Positions 17,171 through 28,267 of a DNA stretch of 64,000 nt are shown in pieces. How positions within the stretch are numbered: position 1 is the first letter of the stretch; the number at the start of each line of letters is the position of its first letter. Under the pieces are notes generated by a model, which saw only the letters and a program-made list of their open reading frames with translations, was not told where the DNA came from and ran no database searches. This DNA comes from the human T2T-CHM13v2.0 reference genome, Homo sapiens. The DNA lies in assembly GCF_009914755.1 (NCBI RefSeq), contig NC_060927.1, one strand, 5' to 3'. A program made the translations under genes and the position numbers.

Positions 17171-18369
17171 ACTAACTCTGGTTTCTCATGGAGCTAAATT
17201 CTAATAAGAGAAATGTAAAAGATATCTGAAAATAAAAAACCAAATGCATAACTTTGTAAAAGGCTGAAACTACATGTCAGTTTTGTGTTTGGATCTTAAT
17301 ATACTAGACATGACCACATGTAACTTTATATATTTTCTTTTCTTTCTGCTGAAGTTGCAAGAGAATGTGTTCATGTGGAGTTTTTTTCAATGGTGATATT
17401 TTAAACCGAGACCTCAAGTTCAGAAGAATATCTATAGCTATTTTAGGTCTTGGACCTCTAAAAACCTCTCTGAGGTTTCCGTAATAATCAAAAGAGGCCT
17501 AAATGGATTTCTGATTGATAAACAGCTTGATAAATATATTAGCTTATCCAAAAACAAACATTTAGGCACCATCTTGTCCTCTAGGAGCTTATATTCTAAT
17601 GAGAGCCAGAGACAAAGAAAATATTAGAAAACAACATGATATTGCTAAGATAGAGGACTTCATAAGATGACATGGCAACGCATCAGAAAGGCACTCGGCT
17701 GAATCAAATGCAGTCAGGAAGAAGAGAGGTGCTGAAAGGTGAACTGTTGTTAACCAAATGGAATGGGAGGAAAAGATAACCAAGGAGCCAGGGGAACAGC
17801 ATATTTAAAGGCAGACCATGTAGTCTGAGCTAGACGAGAAGTGCAAGATTAAGCTGAAATTTCCTAGAACAGGAAATTTAAACAATAATCAAGAATAAAT
17901 CTATGGCCACACAATGATTAGGCTGAGAAGTGATGAGCATGCTAAGCAGAATGGGAGACTTTTACAGATATTTAGTTGCAGAACTGTATATAAAAGAGGC
18001 TATTAGCATGTGATCTGGCATGAAGGGGAGAGTCTACCATGACAGTCAAGACTATCCACATATTTTGGTATGAATAGAAGAGCTTGAAACAGTGAAAGGA
18101 TGCCCAAAGATTGTTTTGTTTTTAAAATTTGTACCCAAAATATTCAAATTATTTTTGACTATGGAATACTGATGGAACAGGAACTAGGAACTAACTCAGA
18201 GATCTATATGCAAGAGGACATTACATATCTGAATGGAGAATCTATCAAACAAAATGCCTTGGCATGAATAATAAATACAAGTAAAAAAAGAGAAACAGTC
18301 AACCTGTGGTATTGAATGTAGGTGGGGATATGGAAAATGATAAGCTAAAAAGATAAGCCTAAATGCAAA

Positions 18370-18580
18370 TGCTTTATTTCTGCCAAGCCAAGTTGGACAA
18401 TATTCTTAAAGCAATAAAGAAAAGCTTCAAGTTTTTAAGCAGGGTTTATGCATGACATCATTCACCTCACAAAAAGATTTCTCTGGAAGTAGTGGAAGAC
18501 TTATAACAGGCATTGAGGTCAATTTTGTAGTTACGCCATGATGCTATTGAAAATGATGAAAAACTGAGCTAAATCACACC
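18370..18580. mobile_element. L2 fragment
   Basis: TTTTAAGCAGGG...GACAT...AAAAGAT...CTCTGG resembles the L2 3' region. Confidence 0.4.
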
Positions 18581-19207
18581 GTATTGTTAAATTTCTAAAG
18601 ATTATAAGAAATAATCCATTATATTATAGTAAAACCTTTAGGCTATTTGAACTGTTACCCTCTGCCCTAACCTCCATATATGTTCACTGCCATTGAGATT
18701 TATGTGTGCATTTTTTATTTGTAATTGAAGAAATAGAAATTCAGTTGACCCTATGCTCAGGAGGATAGATGATGACAATAAAGAGGAGGGCATGATTTGT
18801 GAATCCCCAAATATTGGATTGTATTTAAAGAACAGATTTTTTTATTGCTCTTTCCTTAATTATGTCAGACATGGCTTTTTTGAGGCCCAGGTGAATAAAA
18901 ATGGGCTGTACTAGATAGATGAGAAATGAGGCTAATTGCATCCACAAAATGTATCTTTTTGTCTGTATGATTATTCTGAGCCTACCCTAGAGTTGATGTC
19001 CTTTAGTAAGCAGTCATACAGAACACAAATATCCACACATTTCAGCTCATTTTTTAATATCCATTCACAATCCTCTTCCCTAGATACACTTGGAATCAAT
19101 TTTCCAGTCCTGTTTTTTCCGTATTTCTACTTGTCAAGCCAAGAAATTAGCAAGCCTATTAATCAGTGTAGATCTATAATTTTGACTGTTAGTACAGGAT
19201 AAGTAAA

Positions 19208-19650
19208 TATAATAGATTGCATTATTTAGCCCCAATTGTTATCCCCTCTCTGAATTCTTACCCTTTGCCATGATACATTGCAGTGCCCTTACAATGCCAG
19301 AATGATCTTCAAATCTTGACTGTACTAAGCCATATGATTTGTTTTGGCCAATGTCATGTTATTATATTGGATGCAGCTAAAGATTTGAGATGAATGTAAA
19401 CATTAAGGATTGATCTCTAGCCTCTTGATTTCTAACTATCAAAGTAGCTCCCTGATCTCAGGAGGAAGATGAGAGACATGTAAAACCAACAGCATATCTC
19501 ACCACATAAGCATGACACCTGAAATTAACTTGAGCCCAGCCTATCACAGCTGAACCTGAAAATGCATGAGAAATGAATGTTGATTGCATAATATCACTGA
19601 GGCACTATATATGATATTTAGCAATCTTGTAGGAATATCTAACAGGTACA
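19208..19650 (+). mobile_element. Old MaLR LTR (MLT1-type)
   Basis: AGATTGCATTATT...CCCTTTGCCATG...TTGTTTTGGCCAATG...GGAAGATGAGAGACATG...CATGAGAAATGAATG...AACAGGTACA. Confidence 0.6.
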
Positions 19651-19779
19651 GGAATTTTTAGCAATGGCAAACCAACATGGCACCAATTGAGTTGTTCAAC
19701 ATTCTCCTCAAAAAGATTTTTTTACCACTGCTCTTCAGGGACTCTTATTTAGGATTATCATGTTATGCTGCATCAGTCA

Positions 19780-21450
19780 ATTTCTGATTAGTGTCAGCAT
19801 ATTGTTTAAAACAAAAAAAAATCAAAATCTTTATTTATGATTTTTGTCAATGGTTATAAAGAGCTTCCTTGAAAATCATGCTATGGATTAAGAAAGAGGC
19901 AATGAAGCCGGAGTAAGTATCATAAGTGTGTGAGCTCTCTGCTCATACAAACGATTTATATGTTCAGGACCTACTTGATCCAGTCCTATATACCACTTCC
20001 ACTTCATAGTGAATTTAGGACAAAGTTATGTCTTAATGTATTAGACAATATTTAGTTCATTAGTTTATTGTGCACAGCTCAAGCCAGATAGTCACCTGAT
20101 GTCCTATAGTCAGGTCTTTGGTCAAATAAGAAGCCAAGAGCTGTTTCTAAAAAAGAAAGTTTTTATCTGCAGAAGTTGACTCAGCTTTCCTCTAGGATCT
20201 ATGGGTCAGCTCTCTCGATTTCTATTCTTAGATGCTCATCACACATTCCTTTTGACAATTCTATTTTTGAAGATCATTTGGGTATCATGAGACTGTTTTA
20301 TCATTGGGTCCAAATGGCATATTATATCTGACTGCAGTTCAAACCAACCACCTTTTGAGATTTCAAAGCTGGCATAACCAGTAAATATTTGGGAGTATCA
20401 AATTAAAATGTATTTGAGTCTTGCTTCTAAACCCAAATACCAAAAAGAATTTTGCCTCTTTTTTAGAGTTAGGTGCAGCGAGTTATATTTAACTTTGAAG
20501 CAGATATTCCAAATTGTTCTATACTTTGGATTCCCAGGAAGAGGTGGCAGGCCATATATTTTTGTTTTATGTGCCACTTACTAGAAAAAAAGTCATCTAA
20601 GGTTCTTCCCAAGTTTTTCTCATTGGGTTCCACTATCATGATGACATTATTTAACGGATCAATGAAGTACAAAGGGATGTGTTCAAATAACTTTGAAAGA
20701 GGTGACAGTAGATACTAGTAAATTTGACATAGCTCTATGGCAAGGCATGAATGGAAGGTATACCATTGCGTATTAGATTTCTCCAGATAAACAAAAAAGA
20801 GAACCAGTAGGATGCCATATCTGTTAGGATGCCATAGATCTGTTTTGCACTCAGGAAATAGTCATGCAGTCACTATGCTAATTCAGAGTATGTATTTACT
20901 GCCCTTTGAATTTGGGCCAAAATGCTATTTTTAATATGACCACTCAAAACACCCATTTTGACTGGTGGACCCCAGTGTCATTTTGGGGTCCTCAATAACT
21001 GCATTTAACATACAGCCAGTTTCTAATAACTCTCAGAATGAATGGGTGATTTCTCATGCAGAGATATCCTAGATAGTGGCTATGTTTACTCCTGGGGAAG
21101 GACTTCAGGTGCAGTTACATTATATACTGATGTCAATATTGTATTATCCTTTCTCAAGGAAGCTCAGGCTTCCATTAATGAGCATTTAAACTGGCTTAAG
21201 TCTGAACATTTGATGTTAAGATCAGTGACTTGACACTTTAGCTACACAAGTCAGGTTTTTGACAATGAGCCTAGAGGATTTCCTGTTATAAATCAAGTAA
21301 TATTTTAGTTCACTACCATTTATTTTATTCCTAGATACATACAGATCAATTAGACTTTGTGGTTAGATTGTGAGACAGGGTAGATGATAACTTTGGGTTC
21401 TCAGCCAAGGGGAGAGAATCAACTGCGGGACCTGAAAATGTTCTCTGGCT
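19780..21450 (-). mobile_element. Ancient ERVL-class internal (pro/pol) remnant
   Basis: Minus strand shows a decayed protease motif (TTATTAGAAACTGGC, LLETG for LLDTG, ~21010-21030) followed by a DPK..GPPVK-like stretch. An RT-like LNNVIMIVEPNEKNLGRTLD occurs at ~20600-20660. TCTGCAGAT...AAACAGCTCTTGGC...AAGTGGAAGTGGTATATA (SAD...QLLA...KWKWYI) lies at 19985-20175. Confidence 0.75.
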
Positions 21451-21630
21451 TCACAATTGTATGAGAGGCTTCATTTCCTAATCTCTGTTGTTACATGTAT
21501 GTATTTAAACACACACATAATTCCACATATAGAGATGTAGTTTATGGGTTAACAAAGCTCTCAGAGTTTTACCCTATCCTGATTTTTGATTTTGTTTGCC
21601 TTTGTAATCTGTCATTAAATTCTAGGGACT

Positions 21631-21688
21631 TAATTCATATATATATGAATTATATATATATTCTGGACTATATATATATATATAGTCC
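21631..21688. repeat. (TA)n-centred perfect palindromes
   Basis: TAATTCATATATATATGAATTA (21631-21652) and GGACTATATATATATATATAGTCC (21665-21688). Confidence 0.9.
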
Positions 21689-23096
21689 TGGAAATGGAGG
21701 TGACTTCTCCATAATACCAGAATTATGAAAGTATAATTTATATATGTTTTGAATTTCACCATATCCTTTTGGCTGAAATGCAATTATTCCATACATATTC
21801 TCATTAATGGGAGCCCTAGCCTCCTTGAGAAAAGATAATACAATATTGGCATAAGTATATATTGTAACTATACCTGTGTACTCTTAAAATTTATTTCTTT
21901 ACTTGAGCCTGGAGTATATTTTGTGAATAATAATTTATTCAATTGGATTTTTACAAATATCATAAAACATTTGTAATATATATTGAAAATATATTTTTAT
22001 TATAAATATATTAATTTTAATATTTCATTTGATAGTTTTTCTCTTGCATTTTCTCTCTTGCTGACTCTTTTATTCTATCCTTCTTTGTTTTTTTTTTTGT
22101 TTTTCTTCATCTTTTAAAAATCCTTCACACTTTGTTGGCCAGGAAGCATCTCCTCACTAAAATAAACATTACTGTATTTTTATTTGATACCTCATTGGGA
22201 TAGCACTGTATGTAAAGATGCCAATCATAAAATAGTATAGAAGTATTTGCAATGTAACTTCAACCTCACATATGATTTTTTTGGCAAAAACTTATTGAGA
22301 AGACAAATAATAAAATAATGATATGAGATACTGTCATTGTCCCAACTTAAAGGTAAAGAACCACAAATTACACTCAAGCTTGATACTAAATTAAAATAAC
22401 ATTAAATTAAAGGGAAGATCAGGGGGATCAAGTTTTAGATTACTGATGCTTTCACAGAAATTTCTTGCACGATGCCTAGATATCAAGTCACCCTGTTGAA
22501 TGTTGATCTTATGTTTTGTCACCATAAAATTTTTATTAAATTGGAGAAAGTGTTAAGTCTGATATGCTTAAGGAGGTGATGAGAGAGGGGAGATCTTTGA
22601 GAAATTAAGAAAATTGAATGACAGTAAATGAAATTTAATATAAATCAAAATCCAAAACATAGAAAAGTAAAAGCAAAGTGTGACGACTGTTTCTCTAGAA
22701 AGATAGTTCTCTTGGTTCATAGTGGCAGTTGGCTTTCTAATTACACGAGAAAAACTTAGTACTGGAGATTATGTATGATGTAGCCCCTTAGTAAATTTAC
22801 TTCAATTAATTGTTGACAAATGCGTATAAGATGAAAAACAAAATTCTAGAAAAGGTGAAGACTGTGGCCAGGAAAAGTTATCATGTTTCTCTCAAGGTTT
22901 TCCTTTTTATACAGAAAGCAGAGTGAAAAAATTCTCAAATAAAATTTTGTAGCCAAAAAAAAAGTCACTCTGCTTATGAGCATCCTTCTAAAATTTTTTC
23001 CTGTAATCTTGTTGGAAGCAAAAGAGCAAATGATCATAATCATATTAATGCTAGCCTTAAAGATAGCAGATTTCTTAAATAAATTGAATTTATAAT

Positions 23097-23159
23097 CGTT
23101 GTGCACATGTACCCTAAAACTTAAAGTATAATAATAATAAAATTTAAAAAAAGAAAACA

Positions 23160-23181
<22 letters not shown>
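23097..23181 (+). mobile_element. Extremely 5'-truncated L1PA 3' terminus with (TAAA)n tail
   Basis: TTGTGCACATGTACCCTAAAACTTAAAGTATAATAATAAT plus A-rich tail, with direct repeat TAAATAAATTG at 23076-23086 and 23182-23192. Confidence 0.85.
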
Positions 23182-23190
<9 letters not shown>

Positions 23191-24864
23191 TGGAAGTGCT
23201 CATTTACAGTTTGCATGTGAAACAGAATTCTCAAAAAATATAGAAATTGATAGGTTACTTTTAAAATTTTTTCTGAGGTTATCATTACATATTGCTTGAG
23301 AGAAAAAGATAAATCAAAATCTTACTTTTTAATATTAAACACACAAAAATGGAAAAGTTCATTAATGTAAAATTTTTGGTGGCTATTGATTATTTAATGA
23401 GAAAATAGAAAAGATAATAGTCAAAGCTAAGCAGAAAAGCATGCAGATAATTTTTAATACTGAACATGAACAAAAGTAATTTACCGTTTTGTCCAAGGTA
23501 AATACTGGAGGAAGCCATCAACATTAAGCAAAGCTAGGATTCAATCTGTATTCAAAGTTTCTGACTTGATTAAGTAGGAAGCCAGATGGTTTATCCAGGA
23601 AAAAGCTCAATATTACAAAAATTAGGACAACAGAGTATTTGGTTGTTTTAAGGAGATTAAGTGAGGGAGAAGTACTTTTCTCAGCAAATCTTGGCCTCTG
23701 GAATTTCATTTGTCATTTAGCAAGATGACTTAACAGAGTTGCATGCTGCATTCCTAGTGAATTCAGCAAATGAAGACTCCAATCTCTGTGGGAGCTTTGC
23801 CCCCGATCTTTTAAAAATCAGCTATACGAGAACTAACAAGGAACTGTGACTATATAATAAATAGAGAGGGGCAGATTATTCATAGCTTTTCTGGTTTTTT
23901 CAGGAAAGTTTTTATACAATCATTTGAGTCTTACAGTGGGACCCTAATAGATGAAAGAAGATCCCTCATGGAGTGTTTAAGTTTTAATAAAACAGGTGAA
24001 AGAAAGTCCCGTTTGGCTGGAAAAATACAAGTGTCTACCTGATTTGGTGTCTTTGACTTTCCTGTAAGCAAGGATTTAGACACCATTATTACAACTGTCA
24101 GTGAAAGCTTTCGCTATGAAAGGGATGAACACAGATTAAAAGAGATCTACTGTGTAGACACAACTGAGAAGCTATCAGAACTTTGCTTAAAGAAACATTG
24201 CCTAGTATTTTTCTCTTCCCAGTTTACAACCAGAAATCTAACTTAATGTGAGAAAAGATCATAAAAATGTGAACATTGTGGGAGGCATTCCAAATTGTAG
24301 AGTCTGAGGTCCCAGTTGATGGCAGTGGATATTCAGGATGCTACGATGAATGCTTCTATTTACAGAGGACCCCCCAAATTGACTTCATTTAATAATTACC
24401 CTGACTCATCTAGAGCCAAAAGCCAAAGTGTATTAACTCACAGCAGTTTTGAAACCCTGAGGTTCATAAAGGTCTACCCCACGAAAACATTTCATGCCCT
24501 CTACCCATGCCTCAAGTCTGATTTACATAGATAATAAGGTACTTTAAAAATTATTCATGTGTAGATTAGTTCATTACTTTTATGATGTGTTACCACATCA
24601 GGTGTGTAGACTGAATACATTTGAAATGCCATGCTAATACTTTATTTGTGGATAGCTCTTTCTAAAATTTTTATTGCTCTAATGTCTGGTATTTTCACAA
24701 ATGTAAGGTTAGACTAGTTGTGCAATTTGCTAGTAGCAGGTACAGAAAAATCAGAGCTTTGGATGAGTAAAGGTTAGGAACAATGTCACTGGGACTAAGT
24801 ATACCCAAACAAGGGGAGACCACAGTCTGAAGAATTTTGACACTTAACACCAATGAGAAGTTGA

Positions 24865-25017
24865 TAAAAATACTCCATTTACCCTTATGTGATTATTACT
24901 TATTGTACACCTGTGTTGAAATACCTCATGTACTCCATATATATGTGTATGTGTGTGTATATATATATACCCCTACTATATACTCATAAAAATACAAAAA
25001 GTCAATTAATAAAAAAG
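24865..25017 (+). mobile_element. L1MA/L1PB-type 3' end fragment
   Basis: CCATTTACCCTTATGTGATTATTAC...CTCATGTACTCCATA...CTACTATATACTCATAAAAAT plus A-rich end. Confidence 0.6.
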
Positions 25018-26049
25018 TATACAGAGCTAAATTAGAAAGTGAACTTTGAAAGGGGATGAAGTATGTGCCTTGTAGGGACAATATTTTACAAAGCAACCCC
25101 TTTTTTGATGGCCTGCCAGGAGTGACACTCAAAATATGAGACCAAACTCTTAGAATGAGCACAGTGTAGATGCAGTGTTGAAGCAGAGTTGAAGCAGAGC
25201 CCTTGGGGAAACGACAAGGGTGATAGAAGGTGCTCACTGACTCAGGGAAGCACTCATTTGCCATTTAGCATACAGATTTTTCAATATTTTAAAAATGTGT
25301 AGTGATACCATTGCATACCAGTTAAATAGCAGCAATTTCAGCAGCATCCTCAGCTGGATGTGAAGGAGAGTCATGCAAAGGATCCAGGGGGTGGTCACTA
25401 CACTAGTGCCCCCATGCTGACGCTGCTCTCCAGACCGCCCAATGCTACTAGTGGAAAGATCTTCATTCCCTTTAGTTTTTTGATGTGCAGATTACTTTCT
25501 TGTCATACTGTTCTGTAAATTCAGATTTTTCAGGGCATAGATGTTCACCTCTTTCTGCCCCCTCACTCATCCAAGGCCTCAAGACCCTTTTTTCTTCTTC
25601 CTCGTGGTCAGGGCTTCCTTGAATTTCCGTGGCCTGATACCAACATCTGCTGTTGTTGTAGAAGATGCTTCTATGGCCACCACTCTGGCTATTTCAACAC
25701 AGAAAGTTAATCTTTTTCTTTATTCTATCTCCTCTTGTTGCTCCCTAAGGAGAAAAAGCTGTTTATAAATATTATGAGTCTACCAAAACTTTTTTCTTTT
25801 AGTAAAAACAATAAGCAATTCTTAGCAATTGGCATATATTAATTATAATTCCCTTTCTTCTTGGCAGTTCCTGTCGCAGACTTTTACTCATAGGACTTTT
25901 CTATTCTCCCACAAATGCCTTTGACTTTTATTGTTTTTCTGGGCTCAAAATCAGAAGAGATTATTGAAGGTCTTAAAAGTCAAGATGTTAGTTGACTCTG
26001 CGCCCTGAGACTTACTAGGTATGTGCCTTTGACCAAATTATTTCTCTTC

Positions 26050-28267
26050 CTTGATTTTATTCTTTCTGTGGCTGAATGGTATTCCATTGTGTAAACATAC
26101 CACATATTTGTATGCATTCATCCATTTATGAACACTTAGATTGATTCCCTCTTTCTGCTGTTGTGAATAGTAATGCAGCAAACATAAGGGTGCAGGTATT
26201 CCTTTGATATATTTCCTTTCCTTTTGATAAACACTGATTAGTGGGATTCCTGATGGCATAACAATTTTATTATTAAGTTTTCGAGAAATCACCATACTGT
26301 TTTCCATAATGGCTGTACTAATTTAAATTCCCACCAACAGTATATGAGAGGTCCATTTTTTTGCGTCTTCACCTGTTTTTGTTACTTTTGTCTTATTGAT
26401 AATAGCCATTTTAACTGGAGTAAGATGATATGCCATTGTGGTTTTTATTTTTACTTCTCTGATGATTAACGACGTTGAACATTTTTGTACAAACCTGTGG
26501 TAATTCGTATGTCTTCCTTTGAAAACTGTCTACATAGATTCTTTGCTCACTTTTTAATAGCATGATTTGTGTTGTTGTTGTTGCTGCTGTTGTTGTGTGT
26601 GTGTGTTTTGCTGCTGTGTTGTCTGAATTATTTGTATATTCCAGATGATAGTCTCTTGCCAGAGAAGCATTTCGCAAATATTTTCTCCCATTCAACATGT
26701 TATCTCTTCACTCTGTTGATTGTTTCCTTTGCTGTGCATGAGTTTATTAGTTTAATATAGTGCCACTTTTCTATTTTTGTTGCTGCCTGTGCTTTTGGGG
26801 TCTTAGCCATAAGATCTTTGCCTAGACCAATGAGCTGAAGTGTTTCCTCTTATGTTTTCTTATAGCAGTTTTATAGTTTTAGATCTAATGTTCAACTCTA
26901 TAAATGAATTTTGAGTTGATTCTTCTATATGGTGAGAGATAGGGGTTCTATTTTATTGTTCTGCGTATGGGTATCCAGTTTTGCAAGGACCACTTATCAA
27001 AGAGGATGTCTATTCCCTAATGTATGTTCTTGGCTGTAAATATGTGGATTTATTTCTGGGTTTCTGGGTTCTCTATTCTGTTCCATTGGTTTATGTATCT
27101 TTTTTTTTTTTTTTTTTTGACGGAGTCTCACTCTGTCACCCGGGCTCGAGTGCAATAGCATGATCTTGCCTCATTGCAACTTCTGCCTCCTGGGTTCAAG
27201 CAATTATCCTGCCTCAGCCTCCTGAGTAGCTGGGATTACAGGTGCCCAACACCACATCCGTCTAATTTTTTGTATTTAGTAGAGATGGGATCTCATCATG
27301 TTGGCCAGGCTGGTCTCAAACTCCTGACCTCAGGTGGTCCACCTGCCTCAGCCTTCCAAAGTGCTGGGATTGTAGACATGAGTCACTGCAACTGACCTAT
27401 GTGTCTCTTTATAAAGCAGTGACATGTTGTTTTAGTTACTATAGCTTTATGCTCTATTTTAAAGTCAGGTAGTGTGACACCTCTAGCTTTGTTCTTTTGC
27501 TCAGGTTTGCTTGAGCTATTCATGCTTTTCTTTTCTGGTTCCAGAGAAATTTCAGAATTTGAAATTTTCAGAATTTTCTACATCTGTGAAATATGTCATT
27601 GGTATTTTCATAGACATTGCATTGAAACTGTACATTGCTTTGGGAGTAGTATGGTCATTTTAACAATATTAATTTTCCCAATCCAAGAGCATGGGCTGTA
27701 TTTCCATTTGTTTGTTTTCTCAGCAATTTCTTTCATAAATGATTTGGAGCTTTATTTGAACAGATGTTACACCTTCTAGGTTAAATTCATTTCTAGTTTT
27801 TTTTTAAATTTTGTACCAATTGTAAATGAGATTGCTTACTTGATTTTTTAGCTAGTTTGTTATTAGTGTACAGGAACATTACTAATTTTTGTATGTTGAT
27901 TTTGTATCCTGCAAGTTTACCGAACTTGCTTATCAGATTTAAGAGTTCTTGGGTGGTTTTACATTTTTTAAATAAATAAAAGATCATGTCATCTGCAAAG
28001 AGGGACCATTAGACTTTCCCTTTTCCAATTTGGATAGCTTTCATTTCTTTCTCTTGCCTGATTGCTCTGGCTAGGGCTTTAAATACATTGCTGAATAAGA
28101 GTGGTGAAAGTGAGCATCTTCGTCTAGTTTCAGTTCTTAGAAGGAAAACTTCCAACTTTTCTTCATCAGTATAATGTAAAATGTGGATTTTTCATATATG
28201 GCCTGTATTATATTGAGATATGTTTCATCTATGCCTAGTTTGTTGTGAGCTTTAACATGAAAGTATA
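26050..28267 (-). mobile_element. Old L1 (L1PB/L1MA class) ORF2 3' half, cut by the satellite array
   Basis: Minus-strand ORF2 remnants ([20 protein letters not shown] at 27793-27987, TTTGCAGATGACATGATC near 27985). Ends abruptly at the alpha junction. Confidence 0.88.
27101..27397 (-). mobile_element. AluSx/Sz-like, inserted in the old L1
   Basis: Full dimer with T-tail and imperfect TSD TATGTATCT (27092-27100) / TATGTGTCT (27398-27406). Confidence 0.9.

Noticed and set aside
23880-24070. Possible exon after TTTTTCAG at ~23903 with downstream GT sites
   Set aside because: In-frame stops and no recognisable protein similarity. Splice-like motifs are common in AT-rich DNA.
24865-25017. Candidate missing 3' end of the L1 flanking the satellite
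   Set aside because: It is on the opposite strand and ~1 kb away with unrelated sequence between, so no link can be supported.
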